Position numbers and translations under genes: made by a program
Notes under the pieces: model-generated
The model's input: only the letters and a program-made list of their open reading frames with translations
The model's database searches: none
Told to the model about the DNA's origin: nothing
Shown: positions 28,033 through 36,845 of the stretch, one piece after another
Numbering within the stretch: the stretch's first letter is position 1
Layout: each line of letters starts with the position of its first letter
NCBI GenBank assembly: GCA_041497555.1
Contig: JBGQGS010000001.1
Span: 3,687-67,686, forward strand
Origin: Candidatus Dormibacteraceae bacterium
Lineage (GTDB): Bacteria > Chloroflexota > Dormibacteria > Dormibacterales > Dormibacteraceae
DNA: 64,000 bases
Direction: 5' to 3'

Positions 28033-29405
28033 TGAGGTATGCCACTTGGGCTCTCGCGCTGCTCATTTTTCTGGGCGGCTGCGCGCCAGGTCCGCAAGCC
28101 ATCGCAACGCCCACCCCTTCACCATTCGATTCGCCCTCGCCGTCGGCAAGCCCCATCGTCTTCGGTCCCCCTCAATACCGGGCCATGTGGGTCGACGCGT
28201 TTCACGACGGCATCAAGTCACGGGCCCAGGTTGAGAAGTTGGTCGCGGACGCGCACCGAGCCAACCTGAACGCGCTCATCGTCCAGGTGCGCAAGGCTGG
28301 CGACGCGTACTTCAACCGGGCGGACGAGCCGCGGGCATTGGACATCACCGGGTCTCGGGGTTTCGATCCGCTCGCCTACGTCATACAGCTCGCCCATGCG
28401 TCGAAGCCCAGGATCGAGGTGCACGCGTGGCTCAACACGTTCTTCGTCGGTGAGTCCAGCGGCGTGTATGTGATGCACGGAGATGCTTGGGCCAATCGCA
28501 CCAACGACGGCGCGGCCGGCGGATATCTTGACCCGGGCGTCCCAGGGGTCCAGGCGTACACGCACAAGATCTTCATGGATGTCGCGCGCAACTACGACGT
28601 GGACGGCCTGCACATGGACTTCGTCCGCTATCCGGGAGTGACCTGGGGCTACAGCCCCGAGTCCCTCGATCTGTACATGCACGAGACCGGCGTGAGCAGC
28701 GTGCCTGCACCCGACGACAGTCGGTGGCAGGCTTGGCGTCGCGACCGCGTGACGGCATTCGTGCGCGATCTGCACAAGGACCTGCAGAGCGTGAAGCCCG
28801 CAGTGAAGCTCAGCGGCGCGCTCATCTGTTTTGGTGGCGGGCCGGCGACCCCGGCCGATTGGAGCCGCACGTCTGCTTACTCGTCCGTGTTTCAAGACTG
28901 GCGTGACTGGATGATCAACGGCTACATCGACTTCGGTGTACCGATGAATTACGACAGCGATTGGAGCGGGCGCGAGAAAGGCTGGTTCGATCGATGGTTG
29001 GCCTTCGAGAAAGACTCCGGGTTCGCCAATCGAGTGGTTACGGGGATCGGCGCCTTCTTGAATTACCCCGAGGACTCTTTGGCCCAGATTCGTCGCGTCC
29101 TGGCGCCGTCGGCGCTTGGAAATCAGGTGCTCGGCGTGGCGATCTACTCGTACAGGTCAACCTCCGTCTACGGCACCAATGATTTCTACGATTCGCCCGA
29201 CCTTGCCTCCGGGCTGCCGCGACAGCCATACGCCGGTGGCATCACCAACGAAGCCGGTTTGGGACAGCGGGCGCAAAGGTTCAACGATTGGTTCATGACT
29301 CAGCTGTCGCAGTCTGCCTACTACAGCGACGTTCAGCTAGGTCGGATACGGACGCAGCCGGCCTTCACGCTGCCGGCGGAAGTTCCAGCTCTGCCTGCTG
29401 CGTGA
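28032..29405 (+). CDS. glycoside-hydrolase-like GHL10 (DUF187/YngK-type) lipoprotein
   Basis: Lipobox LIFLGG-C. YRAMWVDAFHDG...LNALIVQVRKAGDAYF...DGLHMDFVRYP. The ATG overlaps the upstream stop (TGATG). Confidence 0.8.
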   Translation: MRYATWALALLIFLGGCAPGPQAIATPTPSPFDSPSPSASPIVFGPPQYRAMWVDAFHDGIKSRAQVEKLVADAHRANLNALIVQVRKAGDAYFNRADEPRALDITGSRGFDPLAYVIQLAHASKPRIEVHAWLNTFFVGESSGVYVMHGDAWANRTNDGAAGGYLDPGVPGVQAYTHKIFMDVARNYDVDGLHMDFVRYPGVTWGYSPESLDLYMHETGVSSVPAPDDSRWQAWRRDRVTAFVRDLHKDLQSVKPAVKLSGALICFGGGPATPADWSRTSAYSSVFQDWRDWMINGYIDFGVPMNYDSDWSGREKGWFDRWLAFEKDSGFANRVVTGIGAFLNYPEDSLAQIRRVLAPSALGNQVLGVAIYSYRSTSVYGTNDFYDSPDLASGLPRQPYAGGITNEAGLGQRAQRFNDWFMTQLSQSAYYSDVQLGRIRTQPAFTLPAEVPALPAA

Positions 29406-29415
29406 AGATCTGGAG

Positions 29416-29805
29416 ATGCCTCCGGCGAGCGCGATGCTGCGGTTGGTCGCGTTCGCTGTCCCATCGGCGCTTGCCGCGGCCGGCGTTCAGCCTCTGCTTG
29501 GAGCCGCGACTGGCACGGTGGAGCTGCGGTGGGCGATCGGGCTCGCCGCGCCCGCGGTGATCGTCGCGGGGTTGGTCTTCGGCGCCGGCCGGCTGTTCGA
29601 TCGCGGTGACGCGGTGCAGCCGCCGTGGTACTCGGCCTGGGCCCTCTTGCCCGGATCCTTTCTGCTCGCCGGTGCCGCGGCGATGTGCATCTTCGGCGCT
29701 CTGGTGGAGTTCTCGTTGATCACCTGGACTCTGTGGGTCCTGCTGATCGTGGGCTCGTTGCTCTGGGCGGCCGCGATGTTTCTGGTGCGGAGCGCCTCGC
29801 GCTGA
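29416..29805 (+). CDS. hypothetical membrane protein
   Basis: 129 aa with about 4 hydrophobic segments. No family recognised. Confidence 0.5.
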   Translation: MPPASAMLRLVAFAVPSALAAAGVQPLLGAATGTVELRWAIGLAAPAVIVAGLVFGAGRLFDRGDAVQPPWYSAWALLPGSFLLAGAAAMCIFGALVEFSLITWTLWVLLIVGSLLWAAAMFLVRSASR

Positions 29806-29971
29806 CCCACTCTCACACCTCGAGCAGGGCCCACCCTCCTCCCGCTGGTCCCACCCCCAACCAGCAACACCTGCTGTCGAGGCTACGGCTTGAAAGAGTC
29901 GGTGCCAACCCAGGCTGTTAAGACTGGGCTGCTCGTGAGTGGCTCTTGCGACCGGCCTTGGACGACTTGAG

Positions 29972-30175
29972 CTACGCGAGCTTGATTCGGTTCGCGCGCG
30001 GGCCCTTCTGGCTCGGCTCGATCTCGAAGTTGACCCGCTCGCCCCCCGCCAGCGAGTCAAAGTTCACGGTCGAATCCAGCCCTGTCCGGTGGAAGAAGTA
30101 CTCCCGCCCGTCCTCGGCGGCGATGAACCCGAATCCGCGGTCGGAGACCAACTTCTTGATGGTGCCAGTGGGCAT
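29972..30175 (-). CDS. cold-shock domain protein (CspA family)
   Basis: MPTGTIKKLVSDRGFGFIAAEDGREYFFH carries the RNP1/RNP2 motifs. GGGAG lies upstream of the ATG at 30175. Confidence 0.9.
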   Translation of the reverse strand: MPTGTIKKLVSDRGFGFIAAEDGREYFFHRTGLDSTVNFDSLAGGERVNFEIEPSQKGPRANRIKLA

Positions 30176-30310
30176 CTCCCAACTCCCTTCTCGAAAGCAA
30201 ATGTCGCGAACGCACGGGCCCTTTCGAGAAGTTCGACGACCGCGGCGCACATCGCCCGCCATCCGGGCGACTGATCTACCTTACCACCGGCGCTGCGGCC
30301 CGTCAGATCA

Positions 30311-31153
30311 TCACAGCGCGAGCATGGTCACCCCTACGAGGGTGGCCAGCGCGCCCGAGAGCTTCATGGCGGCGCCCTTGCTCTCTCGCAACCTCCACAC
30401 ACCCCAAACGGCCACCCCGACGACCGAGGTCTCACGCACCGGCGCGACGACGGACAACGGGGCGAGGCTGAGTGCCCACAGCACCAGCAGATAGCCTCCC
30501 CACATGAAGATCCCGATCAGAACCGCCTGCGCGCGACCCAGCGCGGGTTGTCCGCCGAACCGCTCGGGAACCACTCGACGCGCTGAGGTCAGCCGGGCTG
30601 CGATCCACATCGAGAATGGCACGCTCGCGGCAAGCAGCACGACCAGCAGCCATCCGTACAGCCATGGGGTGGAAAGCCGCACGCCGACCCGATCGACGGC
30701 GGTGTAAGAGGCGATCGCGACACCGGTGAGCAGGGCTGGCACGGTGGCCCGCCCGCCGGTCTGCGAGAGGGTGACCGCGAGGATGCCGAGCAAAAGGAGT
30801 CCCACACCCGCCAGCTGCACCGCGGTCAGACTTTCGTGGAGCAACCCCAATCCCACCATGACGGCAAGCAACGGGGCAGACCCGCGCGCGATCGGGTATA
30901 CAGCCGACAGCTCACCGCGGCGGTAGGCGGCCGCGAGCAGCCAGAGGTAGATCAGCTCCAACGCGGCGGAGAGGGCACACCATCCCGCCGCGGCCGGCGA
31001 AAGGCCGGGACGTCCGCCCAACAACCACGCGATCGCAGTCGGCGGAGTGATGACCAGCGCCGCCGCGATGGTCGCGCGCTGAAACGTCGCCATGGGATCG
31101 CCGCTCACCTTGACGAGGACATTCCACGTGCCGTGTATGGCGGCAGCAGCCAA
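30311..31153 (-). CDS. EamA/DMT-family transporter
   Basis: 280 aa, about 10 TM segments, with two EamA-like repeats. Confidence 0.85.
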   Translation of the reverse strand: MAAAAIHGTWNVLVKVSGDPMATFQRATIAAALVITPPTAIAWLLGGRPGLSPAAAGWCALSAALELIYLWLLAAAYRRGELSAVYPIARGSAPLLAVMVGLGLLHESLTAVQLAGVGLLLLGILAVTLSQTGGRATVPALLTGVAIASYTAVDRVGVRLSTPWLYGWLLVVLLAASVPFSMWIAARLTSARRVVPERFGGQPALGRAQAVLIGIFMWGGYLLVLWALSLAPLSVVAPVRETSVVGVAVWGVWRLRESKGAAMKLSGALATLVGVTMLAL

Positions 31154-31176
31154 CGCGAGCGCGATCGCGCCGACGA

Positions 31177-31878
31177 TCAGGTTGGCAACCCAGCGGGCCG
31201 GCGAGGCCGCGCGAGCAGGCGCCCGAGGAGCCTGTACACCTCGGGGTTGATCACCAAGCCGTTATGACTGCCCCAAACGGAGATCGCGGGTATGTCCGGT
31301 CGAAGGCACGAGCGGAAGTTCACGACGTCATCTGAGCGCGTGTAGATCGACGTGGTCGGCACCGCAGGAGCGAGGCTCAAATCGTGAGAGAAACGCCCCT
31401 CCGGGTTCAGCCTGCGGCCGTACGCGATCTCGTTGGCGGTCCTGACCACTCCGACCGCGTGGTGGGTCATTAACGCCAAGTCGGTCCAATCGGCTAAGGG
31501 AGATCCCAGTGTGATCACCTGCTCGACACTCTGCGGCCTTCGCTGCGACAGCACCTTGGCCAGCAGGCCGCCTCGGCTGTGTCCAACCAGGCTGATGCGC
31601 GATCCAGCCTCGGCCTCCACCTGGACCAGCCGATGGCGCAGGCCGGCCAGCATTCGCTCCGAGTGATGGACGTTTAACAGGATGCCCGACAGGTATGCCT
31701 TGTAGCCGATGCGCGCGAGCCAGCTATGCAGCAGGCGCAAGGACCAATCGCCCGCAAGAAAGCCAGGTATGAGCAGTACCGGCCGTCCGTCGCCGTGAGG
31801 CACTCCGCGCCCACGAAAGACAGGATCTCGCAGCAGCGCCGACAGCTCGCGCAGTGCGAGCGGGTCCCAGAGATTCAC
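31177..31878 (-). CDS. lipase-like alpha/beta hydrolase (paralogue A)
   Basis: LLRDPVFRG...PVLLIPGFLAGDWSL...SLVGHSRGGLLAKVLSQRRPQSVEQVITLGSPL. Closely parallels 34683..35369. Confidence 0.8.
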   Translation of the reverse strand: MNLWDPLALRELSALLRDPVFRGRGVPHGDGRPVLLIPGFLAGDWSLRLLHSWLARIGYKAYLSGILLNVHHSERMLAGLRHRLVQVEAEAGSRISLVGHSRGGLLAKVLSQRRPQSVEQVITLGSPLADWTDLALMTHHAVGVVRTANEIAYGRRLNPEGRFSHDLSLAPAVPTTSIYTRSDDVVNFRSCLRPDIPAISVWGSHNGLVINPEVYRLLGRLLARPRRPAGLPT

Positions 31879-31912
31879 GGCAGCGATGGTAGGTTGTGGG
31901 CCCGGTCAGGGG

Positions 31913-32986
31913 TTAGCCCGCGTACACGCCCCCATCAGCTCCTAGCTGGAGTGGAATCGAAGTCAGCGGCGTGGGCGCCGGACCGGCTACCACCGCCGCG
32001 CCATTTGCCGGGTCGAACTTGGCGCCGTGGCACGGACACGCCAGCAAGCGCTGACTCGAGTCATACGAGACCTCGCACCCGGCGTGCGTGCAAACCGCGT
32101 CGAACGCCACGACGCTGCCGCCGGCCAGAGCCACCGCAACAGCTGGATCTCCGCTGGCCGGATCCTGGAAAGCGAGGGAACCCTGCGCTTGAAGGTCGGC
32201 CAGCGCGCCGATCCTCGTCCCGGTCGGGGATGCAACCGGGGTGGGGTTGGCAGGCGGCGTCGAGCTGCTCGGAGCACCCTGTATGGACAAGCGCGACCGT
32301 GGCAGCAATGCGAGCAGCCAAATCAGGGCAACGGAGGCGCCGCCGAGTTGAAGCAGCAAGCGGCGCCGGCTGAGGTCGACGGTCGCCGGACGCCCGCGAC
32401 GGTCCGCTTGAGGAGGTCCAAAGATCAACGGCCGAGCGGTGAGCACGCCCTGGTCGCCGACGAGGACCAGCGTGATCCAGGCGACGGCATAGATGCTGTC
32501 CGAGCCGAGAAAGTAGGGCTGAATGGTCCAGCTGGCCGTAAGGAAGAGAACGAAGCTCAGCAGCGCGCCTGCCGTCGCGGCCCAGCGGGTCCCGAGTCCG
32601 AGCAGCACGAGCACGCCGATCGCCAGCTCGGCTGCAATGACGCCGATGCCGGCCAGCTGCGGCACCGGGAGCGCGAGGATCTGGATCACGAACCCGATCG
32701 GGGAGTGCGCGACGAAGCCCTGAAGCTGCGTACCGATGTAAGTCGACGCCCCGGGCTGAAGGAATCCGGGATCGGCGATCTTCTGCAGTCCCGCGTAGGC
32801 GAATGTTGCGCCAAGGAAAAGGCGAAGGGGCACGGTCCCGTAGACAAGCCAACGATCAGTCGACTGGCTGGGCCGCTGTATTGGCTGTTGACGCGCGGTT
32901 TTTCGGGCCAAGACCAGGGACACTACCGGGAATTGGCTGCATGATGCCTGTGACGGCCCTGTGAATCGCCTGAGTCCCAGGCTCAA
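31913..32986 (-). CDS. DoxX-family membrane domain fused to a Rieske [2Fe-2S] domain
   Basis: N-terminal DoxX-like RLFLGATFAYAGLQK with about 4 TM segments. Central SRRRLLLQLGGASVAL (twin-arginine-like, around 32360-32368). C-terminal CTHAGC...CPCHGAKF. The TTG start is uncertain. Confidence 0.8.
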   Translation of the reverse strand: MSLGLRRFTGPSQASCSQFPVVSLVLARKTARQQPIQRPSQSTDRWLVYGTVPLRLFLGATFAYAGLQKIADPGFLQPGASTYIGTQLQGFVAHSPIGFVIQILALPVPQLAGIGVIAAELAIGVLVLLGLGTRWAATAGALLSFVLFLTASWTIQPYFLGSDSIYAVAWITLVLVGDQGVLTARPLIFGPPQADRRGRPATVDLSRRRLLLQLGGASVALIWLLALLPRSRLSIQGAPSSSTPPANPTPVASPTGTRIGALADLQAQGSLAFQDPASGDPAVAVALAGGSVVAFDAVCTHAGCEVSYDSSQRLLACPCHGAKFDPANGAAVVAGPAPTPLTSIPLQLGADGGVYAG

Positions 32987-32993
32987 TTCATTG

Positions 32994-33008
32994 AACAGAC
33001 AGTTTGTT
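32994..33008. promoter_or_regulatory. imperfect palindrome AACAGAC-A-GTTTGTT; candidate TetR operator
   Basis: 6 of 7 arm positions match. Lies in an AT-rich stretch between the DoxX-Rieske start (32986) and the TetR start (33021). Confidence 0.4.
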
Positions 33009-33020
33009 AAACTAATCGGA

Positions 33021-33593
33021 TTGAGGGCAAGAGCCTACCGCCTCGGACGGCGCCAGGTAGAGGTTGACCGCACCCGGTCCGCCATCCTTTCCGCCGCCCG
33101 CCAGCTGGTGGCCGAGTTGGGTCCTGAATCCAGCCTCGGTCAGGTGGCCGAGCGGGCCGGCGTCTCGCGGATCACCATCTACAACCAGTTCGGCTCCAAG
33201 GAGCGTCTGCTCGAGGAGCTTGCGGCCGGCCTCGGACACGCCCCCGACGGCGCACCGGCCGAATCCGACTCCGACCCGTTGGGCGACCTGGGGCAGCGAA
33301 TCGAGCGGGCCTGCGCCACCTGGGCCGCGGATCCCGATCTCTACCGGCAGCTCCAGCGCCACGTTCGAGAGCAACGCGCGGAGTCCGTCATCGACCGGGC
33401 CCTTGCCGAAAGGCTGGCCGGCCAGGACCTGCTTCGGCCGGGCTGTTCGATCAAAGAGGCCGAGGACGTGATCGGGATCCTCACCTCCTTCCCCGCCTTC
33501 GATCGCCTTCACAAGGGCGGACGGCGCTCGACCTCCGCTTCCGCCGAGATCCTGCTACGCATGGCGTCGGGATTCCTCGCCACGAGCGGCTAG
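33021..33593 (+). CDS. TetR/AcrR-family transcriptional regulator
   Basis: HTH RTRSAILSAARQLVAELGPESSLGQVAERAGVSRITIYNQFGSKE. TTG start chosen; the ORF is open from 32961. Confidence 0.8.
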   Translation: MRARAYRLGRRQVEVDRTRSAILSAARQLVAELGPESSLGQVAERAGVSRITIYNQFGSKERLLEELAAGLGHAPDGAPAESDSDPLGDLGQRIERACATWAADPDLYRQLQRHVREQRAESVIDRALAERLAGQDLLRPGCSIKEAEDVIGILTSFPAFDRLHKGGRRSTSASAEILLRMASGFLATSG

Positions 33594-33603
33594 GATTGAC
33601 GCA

Positions 33604-34548
33604 TTGCGCCATAAAACCGCCGACCTGGACGGACCGGTTCACTATCTCGACTTCGGCGGCGCGGGCAAGCCGCTGCTCATGGTGCACGGGCTTGGCGGCA
33701 GCGCGCTGAACTGGATGGCCGTCGGCCCTGAGATCGCGAAGAACCACCACGCAGTCGCCCTCGACCTCGCCGGCTTCGGACAGACGCCCTTGTTCCGCCG
33801 CTCCGCGGCGGTCGGGGCCAACGCCGAGCTGGTCCACGCGTTCATCGAGGCGGTGATCGGCGAGCCGGTGGTGGTCATGGGCAACTCCATGGGCGGCCAC
33901 ATCGCGGTCCTCGAGGCCGCGATCCACCCGTCGTGGGTGAACGCGATGATCCTCGTCGACCCGGCCATCCCGGGCGTTCACGTTCGGCGGCCTGAACCCG
34001 CGCTCCTGGGCACGATGGCAGCCCTGTCGCTCCCAGGGCTCGCCGAGATCCTGCTCGACCGGCGCCTGCGCACGCTGGGCCCCGAAGGGTTGGTCACGGA
34101 AACCCTTGCCCTTGTCTGCGCCGATCCCTCCCGCGTGCCACCAGAAGTCGTCGAGGCTCACATCCGTCTTACGCTCGAACGAGACAAGCTCGGACGCCAG
34201 AATGCCCGTGCCTTCCTGCAGGCGAGCCGATCGATCGGCCTGCGCATGGCGGATCCCCGTTTCTGGTCCCGGGTGGCGAAGGTTCAAGCCCCCACCCTCG
34301 TGATCCACGGGAGTCTCGATCGGCTCATACCGATCGCGGCGGCGCGAGAGCTGGCGCGTCGCCGGCCCGATTGGACGCTCGAGGTCCTCGAGGGCGTCGG
34401 TCACATCCCGATGATGGAAACGCCAGAGTTGTTCATGAACGCTCTAAACAGGTGGAGCGCGTATAGAATCGCCGACGAGCCAGGGGTCCCCGCGAACTCG
34501 CGGCCCAGCCTCGAAGTTCGCGCGGTAAAGCCCGCTGCGGTTTCATAA
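33604..34548 (+). CDS. alpha/beta hydrolase
   Basis: Contains LLMVHGLGGSALNW, elbow GNSMGG, and a C-terminal GVGHIPMME. Confidence 0.85.
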   Translation: MRHKTADLDGPVHYLDFGGAGKPLLMVHGLGGSALNWMAVGPEIAKNHHAVALDLAGFGQTPLFRRSAAVGANAELVHAFIEAVIGEPVVVMGNSMGGHIAVLEAAIHPSWVNAMILVDPAIPGVHVRRPEPALLGTMAALSLPGLAEILLDRRLRTLGPEGLVTETLALVCADPSRVPPEVVEAHIRLTLERDKLGRQNARAFLQASRSIGLRMADPRFWSRVAKVQAPTLVIHGSLDRLIPIAAARELARRRPDWTLEVLEGVGHIPMMETPELFMNALNRWSAYRIADEPGVPANSRPSLEVRAVKPAAVS

Positions 34549-34682
34549 CGGAGAATCGTTCAAGCATCACAGTGGCAACCGTCCAAGCCCTTCATCGCAG
34601 CCGCCGTCGCAGCCGGCTCGGCATAGCCGCATCGATCCTCCCGGACCTTCGCCACCTTGGTCGCTGGGACCCGATTCCGCCG

Positions 34683-35369
34683 ATGTGGCTCGAGGGTCGC
34701 ATTTACCTCGAATACCTGCGTCTCATCCGCGACCCCGTGTTCCGCGGAGTGGAAATCCCGCCTGGTCTCGGGAAGCCGGTGATGCTCATCCCGGGCTTCC
34801 TCGCGGGTGATTGGACGCTCCACACGCCTTTCCAGTGGCTGCGGCGCACCGGATACCGCCCGCGGGTGGCGGGCGTCACCTTCAACGTCATGTACTCGGA
34901 GGTCATGCTCAGGCCGCTGGCCGATGCGCTCCTCGAGCTGAAACGCAAGACCGGAGCGCGCGTCTCGCTCGTCGGACACAGTCGCGGCGGCGTCCTCGCC
35001 AAAGTGCTGTCGCACAGGAAACCGGACCTCGTCGAGCAGGTGATCACGCTCGGGTCTCCGCTCAGCGATCCGTTCGACATCCACCCGCTGACGATGGCCG
35101 GCGTGCAGGCGGCGCACATCTACAACGCGTTTCGGTACAAGCATCCCGCGACTGTTGAGGCGCGTTTCCTGCGTGACCTGGCCGCCGAGCCGCGCGTCCC
35201 GACAACCTCGGTCTATTCGCGCTCTGACGGTGTCGTCAACTGGAGGGCATGCCTGCGACATGACGTGAACGCGATCGAGGTCCAGGGCAGCCATATCGGG
35301 CTCGCGCTGAATCCGGACGTGTACCGGGTGCTGGCCTACCTCCTACCTGCTCCGTGGCGCCAGACGTAA
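34683..35369 (+). CDS. lipase-like alpha/beta hydrolase (paralogue B)
   Basis: LIRDPVFRG...PVMLIPGFLAGDWTL...SLVGHSRGGVLAKVLSHRKPDLVEQVITLGSPL. The ATG at 34683 gives the same N-terminal length as paralogue A. The ORF is open from GTG 34572. Confidence 0.8.
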   Translation: MWLEGRIYLEYLRLIRDPVFRGVEIPPGLGKPVMLIPGFLAGDWTLHTPFQWLRRTGYRPRVAGVTFNVMYSEVMLRPLADALLELKRKTGARVSLVGHSRGGVLAKVLSHRKPDLVEQVITLGSPLSDPFDIHPLTMAGVQAAHIYNAFRYKHPATVEARFLRDLAAEPRVPTTSVYSRSDGVVNWRACLRHDVNAIEVQGSHIGLALNPDVYRVLAYLLPAPWRQT

Positions 35370-35373
35370 TATC

Positions 35374-35466
35374 CATCACCAGCGGGAGCTCGCCCTAAGG
35401 CGGGCTGAGAGGGCGCCGTCGCGCCGACCGCATGAACCTGAACTGGGTAATGCCAGCGGAGGGAGT
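35374..35466 (+). promoter_or_regulatory. TPP (THI-box) riboswitch
   Basis: Core elements are readable directly: GGGAGC...GGCUGAGAGG...ACC...GAACCUGAACUGGGUAAUGCCAGCGGAGGGAG. The last GGGAG is the SD of the ATG at 35469. Downstream genes are an NCS1 transporter and thiD. Confidence 0.85.
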
Positions 35467-35468
35467 TA

Positions 35469-36845
35469 ATGAGCGACATCGCCGCTCGGGCGGTCGATTC
35501 GGATTCTTTCGGCAGGGTCGAGAGCCATGGCATCGACTCGATTCCCGCAGCCGACAGACATGGCGCACCGCGTGAGCTTGCATTCCTGTGGGGCGGCGCG
35601 TTCGCCAACTACGCGAGCCTTTTCACCGCCAGCCTCCTGACGACCTACTACGGGCTCGGCGTATGGGATGGACTGCTGGCGACCGCGCTTGGGACCGCAG
35701 CCGCCGCGGTGATCCTCGGGTTGTTGAGCAACACCGGTCCGCGCTCGGGTGAGCCGCAGATCGTCTACACGCGGGGCATTTTCGGCCTGCGTGGTTCGTA
35801 CCTCGGCGCGGTCCTCACGCTCTTTCTTGCGATCGGCTGGTTCGCGGTCGACTGCGTGATCGCCGCTCAGGCGGGCGCCCAGCTCTTCGGCGGAGGCAAT
35901 CGTTGGGTTACGTTCGGCCTCGTCCTCCCGATCGCCGCGATCAGCGTGGCCGTCGCGATCTTCGGTCACCAGACGATCAAGGTCCTGGAGGCCTACGGGG
36001 CGATCACGTTTGCGGCCCTCTCGCTGGCTCTTTTCGTCTTCCTCGCTCCGCAGTTCCACTGGAGCCAGGGACCCACAGTCTCCGGCGCCGACTACCCAGG
36101 CGCTTTCGTGCTCGGTTTCATGACGTGCTTTGCTTTGGTCGCGTCCTGGTACCCGTTCGCGAGCGACTACTCCCGGTACCTCCCGAAGTCCAGTCACACG
36201 GGCTCGGTGACGCTGTGGCCTATGGTGGGCGTCGCGCTGCCGATGCTCCTGCTCGGCCTATTCGGCCTCCTGCTGCCGACGATCGACGCCAAGCTCGCCG
36301 CCGGCCAAGGCGTGCTCGCGGTGATCAGCCAGCATGCTCCAGCCTGGGTATCCGTCCCCTTCTTCATCTTCGTGGTCCTCGGCGAGATCTGGGCCAACTA
36401 TCTAGACGTGTACACGGCCGGCCTCGTCTCGCTCGCGATGGGGATCAGGCTCCGCCGCTGGCAGACGGCCTTGGGGTGCGGGGTCCTTGGGACCGGGCTT
36501 GCCGCTTACGCCGTGCTGGTGAGCGACTTCCACCTCGCGTACGAAGACTTCCTCATCCTCACCTATCTGTGGGCACCTGCATGGGCAGCTGTGGTGGTGC
36601 TCAGCTTCTTTCTTTTCGAGACGCGGCCGAGGCCGCGCTTAGCCCTGGTCGCGTGGCTTGCCGGGACGGCGACGAGCCTCGTGTTCGTCAACTACGACAA
36701 CCTGTTCAGCAATCTTGGCGCCGCGCCCAGGTTCTTCAATGGCGGTCTCATCAGCGGGTTGCACGGAGCGGATGTCAGCGGCCTGGTGAGCATCTCCGTC
36801 GCCGCTGCCGTTTACTGGGCAGGGCAACACATGAGGAATAGGTGA
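35469..36845 (+). CDS. NCS1-family permease, likely hydroxymethylpyrimidine (HMP) transporter (CytX-like)
   Basis: 458 aa, about 12 TM segments, purine-cytosine permease-like N-terminus (GIDSIPAADRHG...). Preceded by a TPP riboswitch and overlaps thiD by 4 nt. Confidence 0.85.
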   Translation: MSDIAARAVDSDSFGRVESHGIDSIPAADRHGAPRELAFLWGGAFANYASLFTASLLTTYYGLGVWDGLLATALGTAAAAVILGLLSNTGPRSGEPQIVYTRGIFGLRGSYLGAVLTLFLAIGWFAVDCVIAAQAGAQLFGGGNRWVTFGLVLPIAAISVAVAIFGHQTIKVLEAYGAITFAALSLALFVFLAPQFHWSQGPTVSGADYPGAFVLGFMTCFALVASWYPFASDYSRYLPKSSHTGSVTLWPMVGVALPMLLLGLFGLLLPTIDAKLAAGQGVLAVISQHAPAWVSVPFFIFVVLGEIWANYLDVYTAGLVSLAMGIRLRRWQTALGCGVLGTGLAAYAVLVSDFHLAYEDFLILTYLWAPAWAAVVVLSFFLFETRPRPRLALVAWLAGTATSLVFVNYDNLFSNLGAAPRFFNGGLISGLHGADVSGLVSISVAAAVYWAGQHMRNR

